A stretch of DNA of 64,000 bases from contig CM082584.2 in assembly GCA_040954595.2 (NCBI GenBank), positions 6,080,110-6,144,109 on the forward strand, in the 5' to 3' direction. The position numbers and the translations under genes are program-made. The first letter of the stretch is position 1, and every line of letters begins with the position of its first letter. This stretch comes from Balanoglossus misakiensis (Eukaryota; Animalia; Hemichordata). The notes below the pieces were generated by a model. It saw only the letters and a program-made list of their open reading frames with translations, had not been told where the DNA came from and searched no databases. Shown piece by piece: positions 27,201 to 39,547 of the stretch.

Positions 27201-30200
27201 CTGCGACAGCGGTTACTTGCTGTACGACCCGAATAGCCTGACGTGCATCGACAGTTCGGAAACCGTGTGTGAGTATGGTTCTTGGTCAGACCCTGTTCCT
27301 GACTGCAAAATGGGATGCACTGACCCGGGCACTCCTGACCAAGGTCAACAGACTGGAGATAACCAATACCCTGTATGTACTGGTACAGAAGTGTACTTCG
27401 AATGCGAGGACTTGCACGAACTTCTTGGTTCCCCGTCTACCACCTGTCAAGAAGGGGTTTGGAGCGACCCCATTCCATCATGTCAGCCAATGTGCGATGA
27501 CCCGGGCAGTCCAGAGAACGGACAACAGGATGGCAATTACATTTACCCGGCTTCCGAAGGCACTCGTGTCGGGTTTACCTGTGATGCGGGTTACTCGCTA
27601 TACGACGAGGCAAATCAGATGTGCATAGGAAGTTACACCACCGAATGTGTAAATGGTAGTTGGACGGACCCCCTGCCGACATGTCAGGCGATGTGCGGTG
27701 ATCCCGGCCAACCAGATAACGGGAGACAAGTGAACGCTCCAACGTACCCGGTGTGTGAAGGAACGGTTGTGGAATTCGCTTGTGATGTCAACTACGAACT
27801 GATTGGGTCAGAGACCAGTGTATGCCAAGATGGAGCCTGGACAGTCCCTGTACCCGAATGCACGATCACGTGTCAGGACCCTGGGTCTCCTGCTGATGGT
27901 GGCCAGGTGGGCGATCCGAACTATCCAGCGTCCGATGGCACGGTTGTCGAATATTACTGCAACGCCGGGTACAGCCTGATAGACCCCGTCGATGATTCCT
28001 GCTTGACCGCATACAGTTCCCAGTGCCTGAACGGAAGTTGGAGTGACCCGACTCCGTTGTGTATGGCCGAGTGTGGCGACCCTGGCACGCCTTCCGACGG
28101 CACACAACTTGGTTCAGTAACGTACCCCGTCTGTTCGGGGACATCTGTCGCGTTCGAGTGTGACGTTGGACATGAGCTGCACGGGGAAGATGTCATTACC
28201 TGCACTGACGGTGACTGGAGCTCTCCTATTCCGAGCTGCAATCCAACCTGCGAAGACCCAGGGCATCCAAACAATGGCTACCAACTCGGTGCAAACGATT
28301 ATCCGGTTAACGACGGGTACGTGGTGCATTTTGATTGCAATGGCGGATACGAGTTGTTTGACCCGCAACTCATGAAATGCATCCAGGAGGCGAACACGAC
28401 CTGCGAATACGGCACCTGGAGCGATCCACTACCGCTGTGCAAGAGACTGTGCGACGATCCAGGTTGTCCAGATAACGGAAGTCAAACGGAAGGACAGTCG
28501 TACCCTGTTTGCAGTGGTACATATGTTGAATTTTCCTGCGATGAAGGGTTTAGTATGAATGGTACTACTTCGACAGTTTGTCACGATGGGTCGTGGAGTA
28601 ATCCGACTCCGACTTGCGTGGCTGTCTGCAATGATCCGGGTGACCCAGAGAATGGTTATCAAGTGTCTCCCCCAGATTACCCAACTCAAGAAGGCACTGA
28701 GGTGTCTTTCGAGTGCGACGCTGGTTACTCTCTACACGACCCAGATGCGTATTCCTGTGAAGACTCCTGGTCGACAGTGTGTGCTGGTGGCAGCTGGACC
28801 AATCCATTGCCGATTTGTAAACTAGAGTGCAGCGATCCCGGGACTCCGGATTTCGGGTACCAAGACGGGACATACAGCTATCCAGTTTGTTCAGGAACAA
28901 CCGTGACATTCGGGTGTGACGCTGGATACAGTCTTACTGGTTTAAGCAGTCTCACTTGTGTAGATGGCCAATGGGACGACGTGCTACCCACCTGCGCGCC
29001 ATCATGTTCAGACCCCGGCGAGCCAACAAACGGACATCAGATTGGCTTCCACGACTATCCGGTATCGGATGAAACTGTTGTGTACTTTGATTGCAACGGG
29101 GGTTACGCCTTGCACGACAGTCAGACTGGAGAGTGTTTGAAAAACGCCAGTGCTACGTGTAACGACGGTTTATGGTCCGACCCTCTTCCCGAATGTCACC
29201 TCACCTGCGACAACCCTGGATATCCGAGGGACGGGAGACAGGTTGACGAACTATGCTTCCCCGTTTGTTCAGGCACGAACCTCACGTTCGAGTGCCACGA
29301 TGACCACGCTCTCGTCGGCGATAAAACCACCACGTGTGTAGAAGGGCAGTGGACAAGTCCGGTGCCAAAATGTGAGCCACTGTGCAGTGATCCCGGTACG
29401 CCGGAGAATGGACAACAGGAAGAAGATCACAGCTATCCAGTAATAGATGGCACTGAGGTTTCATTTACTTGCAACGACAGATACCGCCTTCACGATCCAG
29501 CAAGCGGCAACTGTACGGATTCCTATTCAACAGTTTGTTCGGACCACAGCTGGACCAAGCCGTTACCCACGTGCCTTGGAGAATGCGACGACCCTGGTAC
29601 TCCATCGGGAGGTGAACCAGAAAGCAGTTATGAGTTTCCCGTTTGCTCTGGGACATCAGTGTCCTATTCTTGCCAAGACGAGTATTTCTTATCCGGTGAA
29701 CCAACCCTTACATGCGAGGAGGGTGTGTGGGATAACCCCATGCCATCTTGCCAACCCGGCTGTCCTGATCCAGGTGCGCCCGAAAACGGCCACCAATTAG
29801 ACAGTTACGTTTACCCCGTGCAGCCAGGGACAGTTGTCAGATACTGTTGCGATGATAACTATGTTCTGCAAGGGAGCCAGGCTATTTTGTGTCAAGACGA
29901 TGGCACCTGGGACGAACCTCTCCCTGTCTGCGAACCGCTGTGTACTGACCCGGGTGCTCCTGCAAATGGCTTCCAGGTAGATGTTGTCGAATACCCAGCC
30001 GACACTAACACAACGGTGCACTATGACTGCAAACTCGGCTATGAAATGCACGGTAAAGGATATAGCGTGTGCGAGCATGGCTCCTGGATACCACCAGTTG
30101 AAGACACCTACTGCGCAGGTACTTTCCATAATTGTAATGGGAAAAGATAATGTATTACGTTCTCATATTGTCCAGAACATAAATCCTAGCTTCGGCCAAT

Positions 30201-33200
30201 CAGAAGGCTTGATTCAAACCAATGATATTATAATACAAGTTACGCTAAAATTATGTTTTACCATATACATTGAATTAAATTTCCGTATTCTATTTTTCAA
30301 TTTTTCATTTTAGAAATCGAGGAATGTTGCAGTGATCCGTGTCAAAACAACGGAGTATGCATAGAAGGTGTTGGGCGATATGACTGTCTCTGTCAACCTG
30401 GATTTGAAGGAATCAACTGTGAAAAAGGTACAGTTCAATTTTAAGAACGGTCTTATAATGTTATGATAGTTGAAGTTACCCACACATCTGTATAGGCCTA
30501 CACGATCATGCAGATTTTAAGTTATAGAGAAAGCCCAAATTGTTTTATTTGTAGTATGTATTGCACGCATCGAACGATGGTTTAAGTGATGTATTCGAGA
30601 CAAAAGCAGAAATATTACTACCTTTTGATAGCAGACATAGCCAACATTTACAAGGAAAAGATTTGAATTCTCACAGAATATGGTGTCTGTTACGTTTGGG
30701 GAGATCCTCACTACATCACCTACGACGGAGAAAAGTACGACTTCCAGGGCGACTGTGTCTACATCCTGACCGAGAGTGCCACCTATGGGATGACGTCATT
30801 CAGGGTGTTGGCAAATAACCAGGCATTTGAAACGGGTGGAGAAACGTTAAGCATGACACAAGAAATTGCGCTGATTGTGTATGGGCAGGTATGTTCGTTC
30901 ATGGGTTTATGACGTAATACTTCGTGTGCTTAGCATTCGTTCGTTGATTCGTTGGTCAGTCCGTCCGTCCATCCATATGTTTATTTTTCTTCATTGGTAT
31001 TAAGATTCACAATGCTGTATCTGACTTCTTGTTTGTAATCTAGGAAATCAGACTTATGAGAAATGGCGAAGTCAGAGTAGATGGGTCTCTGGTTGTGTTA
31101 CCGCATGAAGTGTCACCGAAAATACAAGTCAGACAAACGGGGAATTACGTGGTGAGTATTACATTGACCCAGGGTAGTTATCACTTAGTAGAGTATAGAT
31201 AGTTGACTGGGATTGGAGTACAAATAATTATATTGACCGTTGAGTCGCATCGTGATGTTTGAATGCTTTGATTAGTGATGTTTCTCTTGTGTAGAGTATC
31301 TTTGTTGATATTGGTCTGGTGGTACGATGGGACGGTTATCATTACGGCGATGTTAAAGTTCCCGAGTCATACAAAGGTCTGGTGCGTGGTCTGTGCGGTA
31401 ACTACAACGGTGACCTGGCGGATGAGTTCATGGATCCAGAAGGGAGAATTGTAAGTAGCTCTGCAACATGAATTGTGTCTCAATACCGCTGTATACATGT
31501 ACAAGCAACAATCTTTAAAAACTGGTAGGTGTATAGGCAAGACTGAAATGGCTATAGAGGATTCTTTGTACATTGCGAATTGGGCTCTTCTGGTAAATAG
31601 TTGGTCTCCTTCCTTTCACCTGAAACACTGGTGTATTGATAATATTCGGTGTTTATCTCGCTGAGGTGTGGGTGACTGGGGTCGGGCAGATTTGAGAACG
31701 CAGAACATGCTGAGATACTTGGAATTGTCAGCTATGATTTTTTTCACTGGACTGCAGTGGATATTTTATTTCAAGTTTATGTCTGCAAAACTGCAGAGTC
31801 ATACAATGATGTTGAAAATATGTTATATAGTGAATTTCCGCACGATTATGTAAAATATAATTTTTTGTGCACGTAATGTTTACAGATTCCAACTGAAATG
31901 GAGCATACGCACAGAGCAGCAATGTTCGGCAATACGTGGGTGGCTAACTCCGAGGTGTGCGACTCCGAAGCTGGAGGTTGTAATCCCTGTGCGACGGACA
32001 TCGACGTGGCCACACAAGCACATAGTCTATGCTCGCTGATCACGGACGAAGATGGTATTTTTATCAATTTTAATACTACCATGCATGAATAGGCCTACAT
32101 GAGAATATAATGAGATACATAGGTTACAGGCATTGCCAGTGTCAAATATGAAATCAACGAACGAGATTAATATGGACATAAACTGCCAGTTAGATAATAA
32201 TATAGCAATTACAACATGTGGATCATGAATTGAGGTACACGGTTTAACCATCAGTAAATACGCAGCATGAACGATTCAACCAATTTATATCGTCCTACAC
32301 AGGCCCTTTTGCTGCATGTCACGCTACAGTTGTCCCCGAAGATTATTTTGGTGCCTGCATGTTCGACCTTTGTGCCAAGCTACCGGACGAAGAGGGTTTG
32401 TGTATGAATGCCGAGGCATATGCTCAGGCGTGTCTCGACAACTTTATTCCCATTGACTGGAGGAGCGATGTTTTCTGTCGTAAGTGACTTTCAAAATATT
32501 GTGTTAGGTTTTAGCGCTCTGCAGAAGTCACTTTTGTTCTTTTCCAATATTATACATTGCCATATATATAAACTTTGCCCAGTACACGTCAAGTTGCAAA
32601 CTTCACTGTAATAAATGTTGCCTTCATCTAAACTGATCGCCTGTTTTTTGGTAAACCAAGTGTTTGATTCCTGTTGAATACAGCGTATATCTGCGACGCC
32701 GGCAAAGTGTACAATATCAGCACTTCAGCTTGCCCGTCCACCTGCGCTGACCAAAGGCCGTACTACCAGTGTCCGGAGAGACGTCTGGTGGACGGATGTG
32801 TCTGTCCGCAAGGTCAAGTTGTGGGGACATCCGGAGAGTGTGTATCTGCTGACCAATGTCCGTGTGAATACCAGGGTCAGGTCATAGAGGTAAATCAGAT
32901 TGGGCTTGAAGGGAGACGCTTGTCGAGACCTTTAACATTGCTGCGCTAAATACCGACATCCAAAATGGCTGACAACGGTACTCTCAGAGTTAACCTACTA
33001 AAATTACCTGTATTCTTCACTTGATTCCCAACGCTCATACATTTTCATTTCTAAAGTAAGACTAAATGTACATGTCAACATGAATTGAACTTAACTGTGG
33101 ATACGAGAAAATGATTGTGATCAAAAGATACAAACGGTATATGCATCTGTCTAGGATTTAGCAGGTGTTCATACGCTGGCTCTTGTAGCATAATGGAAAT

Positions 33201-36200
33201 TGTCAAAGTGCGCTGGAGAGACGGGATATAGATCTGACCATATTTAACAGAAATTCTACAATAATTTGCTACTTTGTAGTTTGGCGATTCTATCATCAAA
33301 GAAGAATGCGACGAGGAGTGCACTTGCATGGAAGGCGGCCATGTTGAATGTGTGGCAATCCGGTGTGACGTCAACGCTTTCTGTGGGGAGGTCAATGGCG
33401 AACATGGGTGTCACTGTGACGACGGATTCACTGGCAATGGTTTTCAGTGTAACGGTGAGTTTCGCAGTAAAATGGTAGTTTGCTGAACTTTGACATGGCC
33501 AATATTCCAGTAATAAATTTTCAGGTCTAAAACTTTACCGCCCTTAAAACCCTATTGAATGGCCGATAATTACATTCCCCGTAAGCTTATACGCCAGATA
33601 TCAAAGATGAGCTGTAGTGACATTTCTGGTCTGATAAATCGAACTCGTTATTTGTTTATTATTTTAACAGGACAAGTTTGTCAGAGCAACCCATGTCTAA
33701 ATGGCGGCGTCTGCCAAGATCATGGTACCCACTACACTTGCACATGTCTCCCTGGATACGAGGGGGTAAATTGTGAAAATGGTGAGAAATAATAGAAAAT
33801 ATTTTCAGATTTTAGCTCTCTCTCTCTCTTTCAAGAACGTGTATAGTGACAAAACCTTGAGAACTCATATGAACGTACCATACACAGCTCAGCTAAGTCT
33901 CCGCTCATGCGTGCACGGATACTATTTGTCTTTCCCCAGAAATTTATCCATGTGACAGCGACCCATGCGAAAATGGAGTTTGTGTCAACGAAGCCGATGG
34001 ATACACTTGTGAGTGTACAAGCGGTTACTACGGACAAAACTGTGATCAAAGTAAGGCTTTAGTAGTTTCATAATTTTATTGGTATTTTAAAAATGTCTTT
34101 TGAACGTGTTTAGTTAACATTAAGAAAATATGCACTCACAATTGACAGATATTTAAAAAATGTAAAATTATAGTTTCATTTTTCTTTGTGCCGTTATTTT
34201 AACCAAGGGAAGTTTAGTGTAACTTTTGGCTACTTTTACGCAATCTGTTTGTTCTGAACATCGACTGCGTATTAATAGATCCCCAGCAGAACGCCAAAGT
34301 GTACATTATTCTGCATGACAATAATTATCCGGTAGTAAACAGCATTTTTTGTGTTTTGCAAGGACATTTCTGCTACTCTTGCCTTAACGCCAGAAATAAT
34401 GACGACTGCAACGAAAATACTGACGGTTGCTTGGTGCAGCAGGTAAAATATGTTTTTCGGCATGATAAACAAGATTTATTTATACATTTGTAAGAACGTT
34501 TTAATTTGGAACTGCCAACCTATGTTTCTAAGACTTTCTGTTCCGGAAATGTTACGAGGTCACTCCACATAAAATTGACCGAAGTGATTGAGCGAAGAGT
34601 AAATCCTGATAAACAGAATAAACAGACGGACAGGCATGCACAGAAAGAAGGCAGATAGATATGAAGGCGGGATCGATATCAGCGACTGAGTTTGTTTTGA
34701 TATTTTGAATGTAAATGTTTGACTAACATTGATATACTCCACAGCCAGCTTGTGAAACGAAGCTAAGAAATATTAGTGGCGACATATTGCTGTCAAAGGG
34801 CTGTATACTGGAAGAGGTGGGTATACCAGCTTACTCGATGGAACATCCACATTTCACAGGATTGACACTTCGTCTCACCACGGTCGCTCCACACGCCGTG
34901 TCATCATGTTTGAGCCCCTGGGTGACATTTACAGATCTTAGTGTTTACCTATTCAGAGTTGCTAATAAATAATTCTGGGTGTTTTGTCGAGTTCAGACGT
35001 TTCAAAACCTGGCCGACATTCCTTCTCTCAATTATCAAGTATCCATAAGTTGACAGCTGTCTCATTCTCTCTGAATGCTCTACTCAGCGACGAGTTGAGT
35101 TCGCCGAGCTGATTATAAATAATTGTCCCTGCGAGGAACAGGGTACACCAAAGTCGTGAGGCAGAGCGATAACCCTCGGCGGTTGAGTGGACATCGGTCA
35201 ACTCTTGAAAGATAAGAATATGGATTTTTTTGCGATAACAGTCTAATGTAACATAATACAAATGTCTGTGTGGACTGCAGGAGTGTCGGCTAGCAGAAAA
35301 TGCCAACGATGCTGGGTGTGATAGTGGACAAATTGACGATATTTGTCACTACTGTTGCCATGGTGACCTATGCAACGAAGACGTGCCTAATGGTGGGTAT
35401 TGTAGGCATATAGTTGTAATCATATTCGGCAAAAATACGTACAATCTACACGACAGTGGAAATTTTACATTGATTTTATTTCAATAAAATTTTCGTTCAT
35501 TTATTGCGGATTATAATTTTAGTTCCAGAGGTACGCGGGTTCAGAAATCCACATTACATTGGATTCACTTCGATTAAGACACCTCATAATTCCCTTGTAA
35601 TTATATGTTCATTTTGGTTTAGACCTACTAACTGTAAGAGATGTACCTGCGGAAGGCCTAATTTGATTTACATGAATCGTTGGCCAGTTTCATGTTTTAT
35701 TAAGTATACACAGCGCTAGCTAGTAAGACAAACACTTGAATGTTGTCTGTGTCTATTTGGCCCTCTTGGAACAGGTTTCTGCCTACGTGACGGGGTTCTG
35801 TACGTGAACGGATCTAGCTGGTCCGAAGACAACGGCAGCGGTTGTCAAGATTGCGAGTGCAACTCCGGCACAATTACCTGTGTTGACGCCCTGTCCGCCA
35901 CGGTAAGTTTTTTTCTTCTAATTCATGCGCGACACACGGTGAACAGTATACCAACGATCAGTGTTGCACTCTACTTTGAGTAAACCAAACGTGCTATTGG
36001 TAAAAAGCATACTTTTCCATGAAAACTGTTAAATGAGTTGTTATTTAAGCTCACGACAGGTTTAGGCCTGAGAACTCTTACAGATTTAACAAAGATATCA
36101 CATTACATGGTTATCAATGTGGATGCATTCCTTGTTTTTATATCAAACGTTTGTCTAATGCTAATCGGCCTATCTGCTATATTTTGTCCAGTACTACAAC

Positions 36201-37960
36201 GGACAGCGTCTCTGCACCGTGAACTCAGACTGCGGCGCGGACAGTACCTGTGAGCAGGAAGACTTTGACTGTGCAGGCGATGACTGTATCAAGCTCTGCA
36301 CGGGCGGTGATGCCAGCCAGCACTCAAGCCAAGAAGCGTGCGCACCCGACACGAACAACAACTGTGTCACGATCGATATCGGAGTTCAGTCGGTAAAGTG
36401 TCTACTTATCTCTTTCAATAGCCCGGTTTCGTTGAACCAACAAAATCACTGGCGTCGGTACACTGAATGACAACGTATACTTCCGTACCATCGTGTCCAA
36501 AACTGTCAGTATGTGAATAGTTATGGACAACAATCAGTATTTGAACGAAAGGAATAACTGTGAAATTTTCATCCACAGGCACCGACGATACCTGTTATAT
36601 GTGAAGACTTGACCAACTACATTATTACCAATGTACCAAGCGTCTCTCAATGCAGTGATTTTGACTGTGAAGACCCTAACTTCGTTTCCAGGCGACGCCG
36701 ACGAGACACCCAAACAACTTTCAGAATTGTTATCGTGAGTAATATGTGTTAATCTTGAATTTAAACGCGGAAGGTTTACTATTCATTTATTTATTGCTTA
36801 TTCTTATTAACATAGCCACTGATAGGATGTTAAGTCCAACACTCCAAGGGTAATTTGACAGGTTATATAGCTCCATTGCATCAGATGAAATATTAATATA
36901 TGCATGATTGTATGATCGCAGGAACAAAGAACACCAATTGACGAAGAGACGGATATTGTCCGCGACATCAAAGAAGCCATCAACAGAGACAGGAATGCTG
37001 GTAAATTGGCCGGTTCACTGGACGGAATTAACCAAGTTGAAGTGGAAAGTAAGTATCTCACATTTGTAGATCCATTTTGGACATTGTGCATTTTTGCTTT
37101 ATTGGTCCAGAAATCGACACCCTAAGATCACTATCACAGATATCAGATTCAGACACGTTTGAGTAATCTTACATTACGGGGGACTCAGTCTTTCTTGGAA
37201 GAGTATAGTCTATTCAATTGTCACGGCGTGGTGTAATTCTCTATTTGCGTTTTCAACTACATTCGTGTTGTTGCCTTACAGCTGAACTGGATGAAGCCGA
37301 AGAAGAGTCAGGTAATATCAAGATTTAGTCTCTACTCAGAGTTACTACAGCAACGATTGTCGAACGAATGATTTAATTAATCTTGTCTATGAGTTTTTGA
37401 GTCTTATTTTTCTTGAAACCGCGATAGAGTGAATTAGTTTATCTAAGTGGTCCCATTCAATATGTGGGTGAACTACAGCCTATAAACTTTACAGCCAATT
37501 TGAAATTGTCCTCGGCATGTGGGGAGTAACACGCCGTACTCGAAGCAAATAGACTGATTCTAACTGGCTTAAACATCTCAAATGCTGAAAAGGGACTCCG
37601 TCAATAATATATACTTTGCTTTAGTACTGTAAAACAAGGCAAATGTGAATTTTTGAATTTTAACAAATATTCTATTTTATTCTCACCCAAGGCATATCAT
37701 CATGGCTTCTTCCGACACTTGTGGCTGTTGTCGCTGTAGCAACTATCATTGTCATAGTTGCGATTCTGTACCGGCGCAGCAGACGATACCGAGTCCACAG
37801 AGACTCGTTTTCGTCCTCACGAGGCAGCACTGACGACTACAACCTTGGACCGTACAGCGATGGGAAAACAACTTCAGCGGACAACACGGATCTTGACGGA
37901 CCGTCATCTTGTACTTCTTTCAGTAACGAAGCTTACGAACCCGACCAATCTGATTTCTAA
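18771..37960 (+). CDS. Gene C: complete type I membrane protein, about 2822 aa. Signal peptide, 2 resistin/PCSK9-like modules, FN3, EGFx2, FN3, HYR, VWD/C8/TIL/TILa/EGF, 16 CCP, EGF, VWD/C8/TIL/TILa/EGF, EGFx2, Ly6/uPAR, VWC, Jagged-like juxtamembrane domain with furin site, TM, tail
   Basis: 36 exons: 18771-18819, 19458-19502, 19611-19801, 20350-20489, 21513-21625, 22190-22498, 22977-23207, 23344-23628, 23956-24192, 24444-24652, 24777-24884, 25166-25315 (GC donor), 25487-25616, 25960-26127, 26322-26524, 26715-26892, 27110-30118, 30314-30427, 30677-30888, 31044-31151, 31295-31450, 31886-32054, 32303-32479, 32684-32889, 33280-33454, 33671-33781, 33940-34050, 34363-34442, 34745-34816, 35281-35392, 35775-35902, 36192-36392, 36579-36734, 36922-37048, 37282-37311, 37692-37960. 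Sum 8469 nt with consistent phases. Signal peptide [22 protein letters not shown]. Confidence 0.85.
19305..19392. repeat. (TC)n(AC)n microsatellite
   Basis: Direct observation in gene C intron 1. Confidence 0.95.
21174..21257. repeat. (ATC)n microsatellite
   Basis: Direct observation, intronic. Explains the poly-S and poly-D ORFs. Confidence 0.95.
22190..24192 (+). CDS. Gene C exons encoding FN3-like, EGFx2, FN3-like and HYR domains
   Basis: FN3-like: IISW...GYKITI...SYEISI. EGF: NPCQNGGTC...[12 protein letters not shown]. Second FN3-like: VVSWE...SYEVR...[18 protein letters not shown]: CPSD...VWWDEP...[17 protein letters not shown]...CQFDVVV. Confidence 0.8.
24444..26892 (+). CDS. Gene C first VWD-C8-TIL-TILa-EGF assembly
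   Basis: [39 protein letters not shown]8 GPFAVCH...[18 protein letters not shown]...[10 protein letters not shown]. Confidence 0.9.
27110..30118 (+). CDS. Gene C single 3009-nt exon encoding 16 CCP/sushi modules
   Basis: Repeats of C.DPG.P.NG...YP...GT.V.F.C..GY.L.G.....C..G.W....P.C. I count 7 long/short pairs plus 2 terminal modules. Confidence 0.93.
30677..33454 (+). CDS. Gene C second VWD-C8-TIL-TILa-EGF assembly
   Basis: [54 protein letters not shown]...CMFDLC, CPSTC...[10 protein letters not shown]. Confidence 0.9.
34363..35392 (+). CDS. Gene C Ly6/uPAR (three-finger) domain split over 3 exons
   Basis: [14 protein letters not shown]...C....PACETK...LSKGC...C...C...[11 protein letters not shown]. 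Begins CYxC and ends with the CCxxxxCN signature. Confidence 0.8.
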
Positions 37961-39029
37961 CATGATATATTTTCAACTATGCTATTCTATACAGTGTCCG
38001 TATTCCACAATACTTAAGATGCAATACTATTTTGTAATTTTCAGTTGTGTAGTTATGAGTTTACGCAGGTGTGAATATCGATTCCCATATATCTTTACAA
38101 TTTTTTTTTCATTTATTGCCTGTATTCAGTTGTAACCAGAATTATTTTCAAAGCAAATGTTTCTACAGCCCGAGACTCGTTATTTTGATGTTCGTTTTTT
38201 GGTCTCCAATGTGGCGGACCCTTGATAGTTCAAATTGCATCTACCTTTCCGTAAACTTCACTTCTATCGGCAACTTTGCGTTGGGAGCCTGTTCAAACAC
38301 ATGGCCCGAGAAAATCGTTCTTAAATTGTTTTGAGACAGGACTGATAAGATCTGGAGAATCGTTACAACGGTTTCGCAATAACGAGACTGCAATTTTTGC
38401 ATCTCGATCGAAATTTGTCGAGTGGTCATTCGAAAAATCAATGACTAGATTCTACACAGCCGACTCTGAATGTTTCGACCAATACTCAGTGACATGTGCG
38501 TGTGGTTTCCATGCTTTGGGCAGCCGTGTTAGCCAGGGTCAAAGGTTAGTTTGTCGATGGCGGTGGGGGTCGATTGATGAAGTGGACATAGGTCATTGGT
38601 CATCACGAACTGCTGTCAAATCCTGGTCCAAAACACTACCTTAATCAATCCTTTGGTGTTCTAGTACAAGATGCCTAATCCATATACATAGTTCTCTATT
38701 GACTATGTCAAAACACTGTCTACATTTTCATTATCGCTTTGCAGTTACTGCATCAACTATAGACCCAAGTCAACCGCAAATTCTTGATCTACTACTAGCC
38801 TCTACGGCTACTGGCCAGAGTTTATTGTAATATTTTGAATTAAAACAAAATCCGACACATCAATTATTTCTGAATATCACAACACTGACACTTTATCATG
38901 TATACATTACCTCTATTTTACATGTAACTTGTAAAATAAATGTTCAATAAAATAAGCAATTATTTGTTCCTTAACATGATTTGCTTCTGACTTGTTTGAT
39001 TTTTAACCTGAACTCGTAAAGGCTACATA

Positions 39030-39058
39030 TTTCATCATCACCATCATCCTCGTCGCCG

Positions 39059-39109
<51 letters not shown>

Positions 39110-39122
39110 ATATCATCATCAT
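39030..39122. repeat. (ATC)n microsatellite
   Basis: Direct observation between the convergent 3' ends of genes C and D. Confidence 0.95.
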
Positions 39123-39547
39123 TTGAATTTTGCAAATTCTCCCCAGTTTTCTTCCAATATGAATTTGCTCCATACACAGTTTATGGATTTGTTCCACACA
39201 AAGCTTGTGCTCAGATATTCTGGAGGGGTCCTATCAAGTTATCAGCTACTTATATCTGCGAGGTAAACAAACTATTGTCACGGACGTGACGGGGCCCTCC
39301 CTAAACGTTCCCCCTACTCGCCCTTATCATTTTTGTGTTTCTAATTGACAATGATCCCCCATTATTTATCCGTGCAATGACAAGCTGTTAGAATGACTGT
39401 ATCGATTTCCTGAAGTACATGTTTGCGTATCCGAGCACCGCTCAAGTCGCAGTCTTTCAAGAGAGTACCAAGCGACATGTGTTAAGTGTGATTAACTAAC
39501 ACGGAAGCCATACTTTATACTTTGAGAAAAGAGTTGTATAAATGGAA

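Noticed and set aside
18771-37960. Assigning a gene symbol (ZAN, FCGBP, SVEP1, TECTA, JAG1)
   Set aside because: Only some domains are shared. MAM, VWA/pentraxin, NIDO/ZP and DSL domains are not seen, so orthology cannot be claimed.
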